Part shown: piece after piece, positions 59,382 through 64,000 of the stretch
Position numbering within the stretch: the stretch's first letter is position 1
How the letters are laid out: the number at the start of each line of letters is the position of its first letter
DNA from: Bacteroidales bacterium
GTDB lineage: Bacteria; Bacteroidota; Bacteroidia; Bacteroidales; Marinilabiliaceae
NCBI GenBank assembly: GCA_024401415.1
Contig: JAKSLC010000001.1
Coordinates: 564-64,563, forward strand
Direction of reading: 5' to 3'
DNA length: 64,000 bases
Translations under genes and position numbers: made by a program
The notes under the pieces: model-generated
Databases searched by the model: none
Told to the model about the DNA's origin: nothing
Seen by the model: only the letters and a program-made list of their open reading frames with translations

Positions 59382-59927
59382 TTATTTCTTAAAAGGAAGA
59401 CCAAAGTTTACAAGAAGGCTTTGAGCCTCCTTATCTGTCTTCGCAGTGGTCACAAAGGTAATATTCATTCCTTGAATTTTAGACACTGAGTCCATATTTA
59501 TTTCAGGGAAAATGATTTGCTCTGTGATACCGAGAGTATAGTTACCACGACCGTCGAGCTTTCCGCCGATACCATTAAAGTCACGAATACGAGGGAGAGC
59601 GACCTTAACGAGACGCTCGAGGAACTCGTACATTTTCTCTTGACGGAGAGTTACCTTAACACCGATTGGGTTACCCTTACGAACCTTGAAGCCAGCGATA
59701 TCCTTCTTTGAGAGAGTAGCTACAGCCTTTTGGCCTGTAATAGCAGTAATCTCCTTAAGAGAAATCTCAATAATCTTCTTATCCTGTGTAGCATCACCAA
59801 GACCCTGGTTTACTACGATCTTCTCGAGTTTTGGGCACTGCATTACTGTAGTGTAACCGAACTCCTTCATCAAGGTAGGAACGATCTGCTCGTTATATAC
59901 CTTTTTCAATGATGGTACGTAGCTCAT
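59382..59927 (-). CDS. rplE: 50S ribosomal protein L5
   Basis: Sequence and order; start overlaps the rplX stop (TAATG). Confidence 0.95.
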   Translation of the reverse strand: MSYVPSLKKVYNEQIVPTLMKEFGYTTVMQCPKLEKIVVNQGLGDATQDKKIIEISLKEITAITGQKAVATLSKKDIAGFKVRKGNPIGVKVTLRQEKMYEFLERLVKVALPRIRDFNGIGGKLDGRGNYTLGITEQIIFPEINMDSVSKIQGMNITFVTTAKTDKEAQSLLVNFGLPFKK

Positions 59928-60244
59928 TATTTAACCTCCTTACCTGATTTTGTAGATACACGAACTTTTTTGCCATTCTCGATCTTGATACGAATACGAG
60001 TAGCCTTACCAGACTCAGGATCGATAAGAGCGAGATTAGACAAATGGATAGAAGCCTCTTTCTCAACTATGCCACCCTGTGGGTTCTGAGCGCTAGGCTT
60101 AACATGCTTTTTAATCATGTTAAGACCTTCGACAACAGCACGGTTGTTCTTAGGATCTACTGAGAGAACCTTACCCTCCTTGTTTTTGTCGTCACCGGCG
60201 ATTACCATAACGAGATCGCCCTTCTTTATATAAACCTTTGACAT
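59927..60244 (-). CDS. rplX: 50S ribosomal protein L24
   Basis: [23 protein letters not shown] motif. Confidence 0.95.
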   Translation of the reverse strand: MSKVYIKKGDLVMVIAGDDKNKEGKVLSVDPKNNRAVVEGLNMIKKHVKPSAQNPQGGIVEKEASIHLSNLALIDPESGKATRIRIKIENGKKVRVSTKSGKEVK

Positions 60245-60262
60245 TGTCTAACGTTTTATAAA

Positions 60263-60628
60263 TTAAATAACCTCAGGTGCCAAAGAAACGATCTTCATAT
60301 AACCGTCGCGGAGCTCACGAGCCACTGGACCGAAGATACGTGTACCACGCATTTCGCCTGCATTGTTCAAGAGAACGCATGCATTGTCATCGAAACGGAT
60401 GTATGAACCGTCTGCACGTCTGATTTCTTTCTTAGTACGGACAACAACAGCCTTGCTGACTGTACCCTTCTTCATATCACTCGATGGCAGAGCATTCTTT
60501 ACGGTAACCACAATGCGGTCACCTACTGAAGCGTAACGCTTAAAGCTACCACCCAAAACATGGATGCAAAGTACCTCTTTAGCGCCGCTGTTGTCTGCTA
60601 CCGAAAGTCTAGATTCTGTCTGTATCAT
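60263..60628 (-). CDS. rplN: 50S ribosomal protein L14
   Basis: [18 protein letters not shown]. Confidence 0.96.
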   Translation of the reverse strand: MIQTESRLSVADNSGAKEVLCIHVLGGSFKRYASVGDRIVVTVKNALPSSDMKKGTVSKAVVVRTKKEIRRADGSYIRFDDNACVLLNNAGEMRGTRIFGPVARELRDGYMKIVSLAPEVI

Positions 60629-60630
60629 GA

Positions 60631-60888
60631 TTATTTAGCCCTTTCGATTATTTCAACAATTCTCCAACGTTTTGTTTTGCTCAAAGGACGAGTTTCCATG
60701 ATGCGAACGGTATCACCGTCATGAGCATCATTCTTCTCATCGTGAACATGGAACTTCTTTGTTTTCTTAACAAACTTTCCATACATAGGGTGCTTCTCGC
60801 GAGTCTCAACAGCAACAACAACAGACTTCTCCATCTTGTCGCTTACGACTACGCCGATGCGCTCTTTTCTAAGATTTCTTTCTTCCAT
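60631..60888 (-). CDS. rpsQ: 30S ribosomal protein S17
   Basis: 85 aa; [10 protein letters not shown]; order. Confidence 0.94.
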   Translation of the reverse strand: MEERNLRKERIGVVVSDKMEKSVVVAVETREKHPMYGKFVKKTKKFHVHDEKNDAHDGDTVRIMETRPLSKTKRWRIVEIIERAK

Positions 60889-60895
60889 AATCTGT

Positions 60896-61081
60896 TTATT
60901 GTTTTTGGCCGAGAATAGTAAGCATCTTTGCTATATCACGACGGATTTGACGAATCTTCATTGGGTTCTCGATAGGAGATATCACATGCTGAAGCTCGAG
61001 GCGCTGAAGCTCAGAACGCTGGAGAGCGATCTTCTCAGCGAGCTCAGCTGCTGACATTCCCTTAATATCTGCAATTTTCAT
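60896..61081 (-). CDS. rpmC: 50S ribosomal protein L29
   Basis: 61 aa; order between rplP and rpsQ. Confidence 0.92.
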   Translation of the reverse strand: MKIADIKGMSAAELAEKIALQRSELQRLELQHVISPIENPMKIRQIRRDIAKMLTILGQKQ

Positions 61082-61087
61082 AATCTA

Positions 61088-61519
61088 TTAAATATTTTGG
61101 GATTCAACATAGTCACGGCGTACAACAAACTTTGTTGTAACTGGCAACTTCTGAGCTGCGAGGCGGAGAGCCTCCTTAGCGATCTCGTAAGATACACCCT
61201 CACACTCGATAATGATGCGGCCTGGAGTTACAGGAGCGACGAAACCCTCTGGATTACCCTTACCTTTACCCATTCGGACGTCCGCTGGCTTCTTGGTAAT
61301 TGGTTTATCTGGGAATATACGGATCCAAATCTGACCCTGACGCTGCATGTAACGTGTAACAGCGATACGAGCTGCCTCTATCTGACGACCGGTGATCCAC
61401 TTTGTCTCCAAAGACTTGATACCGAATGAGCCGAATGCCAACTCAGTACCTCTGTGTGCAAAACCCTTTGCACGACCCTTTTGCGGTCTTCTATATTTGA
61501 CTTTTCTAGGTTGTAACAT
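61088..61519 (-). CDS. rplP: 50S ribosomal protein L16
   Basis: [16 protein letters not shown]. Confidence 0.96.
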   Translation of the reverse strand: MLQPRKVKYRRPQKGRAKGFAHRGTELAFGSFGIKSLETKWITGRQIEAARIAVTRYMQRQGQIWIRIFPDKPITKKPADVRMGKGKGNPEGFVAPVTPGRIIIECEGVSYEIAKEALRLAAQKLPVTTKFVVRRDYVESQNI

Positions 61520-61540
61520 CGTTCAAAAAATTAAAGATGA

Positions 61541-62272
61541 TTACTTGCTATTAGTTTTTCTTCTCTTAGGACCACGATCCTGACGAGAAGCTGAGTTGTT
61601 TGAAGACTGAGATTCCTTACCACCGATGTTAAGTGTAAGATCACGCTTACCATAAACCTCACCCTTGCAAATCCAAACCTTGATACCGAGGAGACCCATC
61701 TTAGTCTTAGCCTCTGCCTGGCAGAAGTCGATATCAGCGCGGAAAGTATGAAGAGGAGTACGGCCTTCCTTGAACATCTCAGAGCGAGCCATTTCAGCAC
61801 CGTTAAGACGACCTGAAATAAGGATCTTAATACCCTCAGCGTTGTTGCGCATAGTAGAAGCGATAGCTGTCTTGATAGCGCGACGGTATGCCATACGGCC
61901 CTCCAACTGGCGAGCGATGTTATTAGCAACGATGTTAGCGTCAAGATCTGGGCGCTTTACCTCAGAGATATTGATCTGAACATCCTTATCTGTAATCTTC
62001 TTTAACTCTTCCTTGAGTTTATCAACGTCTTGACCACCCTTACCGATGATAAGTCCTGGACGAGCTGTAAAAACTGTCACTGTTACCATCTTAAGTGTAC
62101 GCTCGATAACCACGCGTGATATCATAGCTTTAGCAAGACGTACATTTAGGTATTTACGGATCTTGTCGTCCTCGACAAGTTTGTCGCCGAAATTCTTGCC
62201 ACCATACCAGCTAGAATCCCAACCACGAGTAATACCAAGTCTATTGCTTATTGGATTAACTTTCTGTCCCAT
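61541..62272 (-). CDS. rpsC: 30S ribosomal protein S3
   Basis: [15 protein letters not shown] domain; basic C-terminal tail. Confidence 0.96.
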   Translation of the reverse strand: MGQKVNPISNRLGITRGWDSSWYGGKNFGDKLVEDDKIRKYLNVRLAKAMISRVVIERTLKMVTVTVFTARPGLIIGKGGQDVDKLKEELKKITDKDVQINISEVKRPDLDANIVANNIARQLEGRMAYRRAIKTAIASTMRNNAEGIKILISGRLNGAEMARSEMFKEGRTPLHTFRADIDFCQAEAKTKMGLLGIKVWICKGEVYGKRDLTLNIGGKESQSSNNSASRQDRGPKRRKTNSK

Positions 62273-62279
62273 TTAGCTC

Positions 62280-62738
62280 TTATTTTTCAGTTGTGGTTTC
62301 TGGTTTACTTGCAACGTAAAGCGTAACGTGGTTAGAACGTTTACGGATACGATGTGCTCTACCCTGTGGAGCTGGACGTAGACGCTTGAGGATTCTTGCT
62401 GAATCTACTGCTACGGATGAAACGATAAGGTTAGCATCCTCTACGTTAGCACCTGGATTCTTCTGCTTCCAGTTATCGATTGCAGAAAGAAGGAGCTTCT
62501 CCATACGGCCAGCAGCCTCCTTTGTCGAGAACTTAAGCATGTCAAGAGCTAAATTGACTTCAACACCGCGAATCATGTCAGCTACGAGGCGCATCTTACG
62601 AGGCGAAGTAGGGACATTGCGGAGAGATGCGAAATAGAGAGACTTCTTAGCCTCTTTACGTGCATCAGCAACTAACTTCTTACGGTTGCCTTTGTAAGCC
62701 TTAGGCTCACGTCTAACAACTTTGCTATTTATGCCCAT
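62280..62738 (-). CDS. rplV: 50S ribosomal protein L22
   Basis: [17 protein letters not shown]. Confidence 0.94.
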   Translation of the reverse strand: MGINSKVVRREPKAYKGNRKKLVADARKEAKKSLYFASLRNVPTSPRKMRLVADMIRGVEVNLALDMLKFSTKEAAGRMEKLLLSAIDNWKQKNPGANVEDANLIVSSVAVDSARILKRLRPAPQGRAHRIRKRSNHVTLYVASKPETTTEK

Positions 62739-62781
62739 GTCTGTTTTTTCTTTTTAATAAAGTTAAATACTCAGGTAGGGA

Positions 62782-63051
62782 CTATTTCTTCTTATTGCCG
62801 CCATGACCGCGGAATGTACGAGTTGGAGCGAACTCTCCAAGCTTGTGACCTACCATATTCTCAGTGACGTAAACTGGAATGAACTTGTTGCCATTATGAA
62901 CGGCAATAGTGTGACCTACGAAATCTGGAGAAATCATAGATGCACGAGACCAAGTCTTCACCACCGACTTCTTGCCACTTTCATTCATAGCAAGAACCTT
63001 CTTCTCCAACTTTATGCTGATGAATGGGCCTTTCTTTAATGATCTGCTCAT
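62782..63051 (-). CDS. rpsS: 30S ribosomal protein S19
   Basis: [10 protein letters not shown]...[13 protein letters not shown]. Confidence 0.96.
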   Translation of the reverse strand: MSRSLKKGPFISIKLEKKVLAMNESGKKSVVKTWSRASMISPDFVGHTIAVHNGNKFIPVYVTENMVGHKLGEFAPTRTFRGHGGNKKK

Positions 63052-63073
63052 AATTCTTTTGTCTTACGCTGTA

Positions 63074-63898
63074 TTACTTCTTACGTCTTTCGATGATGAA
63101 CTTAGACGTGCTCTTCTTAGGTGCGCGTGTCTTGTAGCCCTTAGCCAAGAGACCCTTACGTGAGCGTGGGTGTCCACCGCTTGCGCGACCTTCACCACCA
63201 CCCATTGGGTGATCAACTGGGTTCATAACTACGCCACGAACGCGTGGACGACGACCTTGCCAACGTGAGCGGCCAGCCTTACCTGACTTCTCGAGAGCGT
63301 GGTCTGAGTTAGATACTACGCCAACAGTAGCGCGGCATGTAACGAGGACCATACGAGTCTCACCTGAAGGCAACTTAATTACAGCGTAACCGCCATCACG
63401 GGCAGCCAACTGAGCAAAAGAACCAGCACTACGTGCCATAATACCGCCTTGGCCTGGGCGAAGCTCGATATTGTGGATAATAGTACCGAGAGGCATAGCA
63501 CTGAGAGGGAGAGTATTACCTACCTCAGGAACTGCTTCAGCACCAGACATCACTGTCTGACCGACCTGAAGACCTGCAGGAGCGATGATATAGCTCTTCT
63601 CTCCGTCAGCGTAAACGAGCAATGCGATACGAGCGCTACGATTAGGATCGTACTGGATCGAATCAACTGTTGCTGCAACACCGTCTTTGTTTCTCTTGAA
63701 ATCGATTACTCTATACTTCCTCTTGTGACCACCACCGATATAACGCATTGTCATCTTACCGGTGTTGTTACGACCACCCGTCTTCTTCAGAGGGCGAAGC
63801 AAGGACTTTTCTGGTGTGCTCGATGTAATCGTATCGAACGTACCAATAACTTTGTTTCTCTGCCCCGGTGTAGTGGGCTTTAACTTTCTAACTGCCAT
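63074..63898 (-). CDS. rplB: 50S ribosomal protein L2
   Basis: [14 protein letters not shown]...[10 protein letters not shown]. Confidence 0.96.
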   Translation of the reverse strand: MAVRKLKPTTPGQRNKVIGTFDTITSSTPEKSLLRPLKKTGGRNNTGKMTMRYIGGGHKRKYRVIDFKRNKDGVAATVDSIQYDPNRSARIALLVYADGEKSYIIAPAGLQVGQTVMSGAEAVPEVGNTLPLSAMPLGTIIHNIELRPGQGGIMARSAGSFAQLAARDGGYAVIKLPSGETRMVLVTCRATVGVVSNSDHALEKSGKAGRSRWQGRRPRVRGVVMNPVDHPMGGGEGRASGGHPRSRKGLLAKGYKTRAPKKSTSKFIIERRKK

Positions 63899-63904
63899 CT
63901 CTGC

Positions 63905-64000
63905 TTATTTGATATTGCTATAAAAGTCTATTGATTGACCCTCAGCAAGAGTTACGATAGCCTTCTTGTAAGAGGCCTTAGCGCCCTTTACGAGACCAGC
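63905..64000 (-). CDS. rplW: 50S ribosomal protein L23, 3' end (partial at window edge)
   Basis: The minus-strand frame reads ...[17 protein letters not shown] with its stop at 63905-63907; position upstream of rplB. Confidence 0.8.
   Translation of the reverse strand, partial: AGLVKGAKASYKKAIVTLAEGQSIDFYSNIK

Noticed and set aside
61531-61944. 137-aa same-strand, alternative-frame ORF inside rpsC
   Set aside because: The S3 frame is unambiguous. The alternative frame gives an L/R/S-rich product with no support.

Overview
This 64-kb window looks like chromosome from a Bacteroidota genome, probably Bacteroidales and Prevotella-like. The evidence is a SusC/SusD pair, TAnnTTTG -7 promoter boxes ahead of many genes, the ParA-ParB-DUF5683 arrangement, and a Bacteroides-type arginine cluster. 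Most of the window is housekeeping. It holds asnS, lpxH, folA, hisG, dgt, ispF, parAB, birA, tRNA-Leu(UAG), tig, clpP, clpX, murF and pepD. It also holds a nine-gene arginine biosynthesis operon and the S10/spc ribosomal-protein cluster from rplW (partial, right edge) to secY. The arginine operon has a perfect ARG box, a frameshifted argG and a trailing orphan umuC-like gene. The accessory or unusual content is as follows. (1) A four-gene oxidative sugar operon (aldo-keto reductase, amidohydrolase, FucP-like permease, Zn-dehydrogenase) matches the Bacteroides L-galactose pathway layout. (2) An orphan, very basic 167-aa protein sits next to an 11-bp x3 tandem repeat. (3) An IS200-like Y1 transposase (RAYT) is flanked by a 22-bp perfect palindrome and also carries one copy in frame, next to a relic gene end. 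(4) A SusCD pair has no enzymes or regulator. It is followed, after a terminator and promoter, by an uncharacterised pair: a polytopic membrane/TPR-like protein and a lipoprotein with a CxxCH motif and a beta-propeller. Item 4 and the RAYT/palindrome island are my best candidates for undescribed biology. No CRISPR array, rRNA or recognisable defence or prophage genes were seen. All product calls come from reading the supplied translations (motifs, domain order, synteny); no database search was possible.
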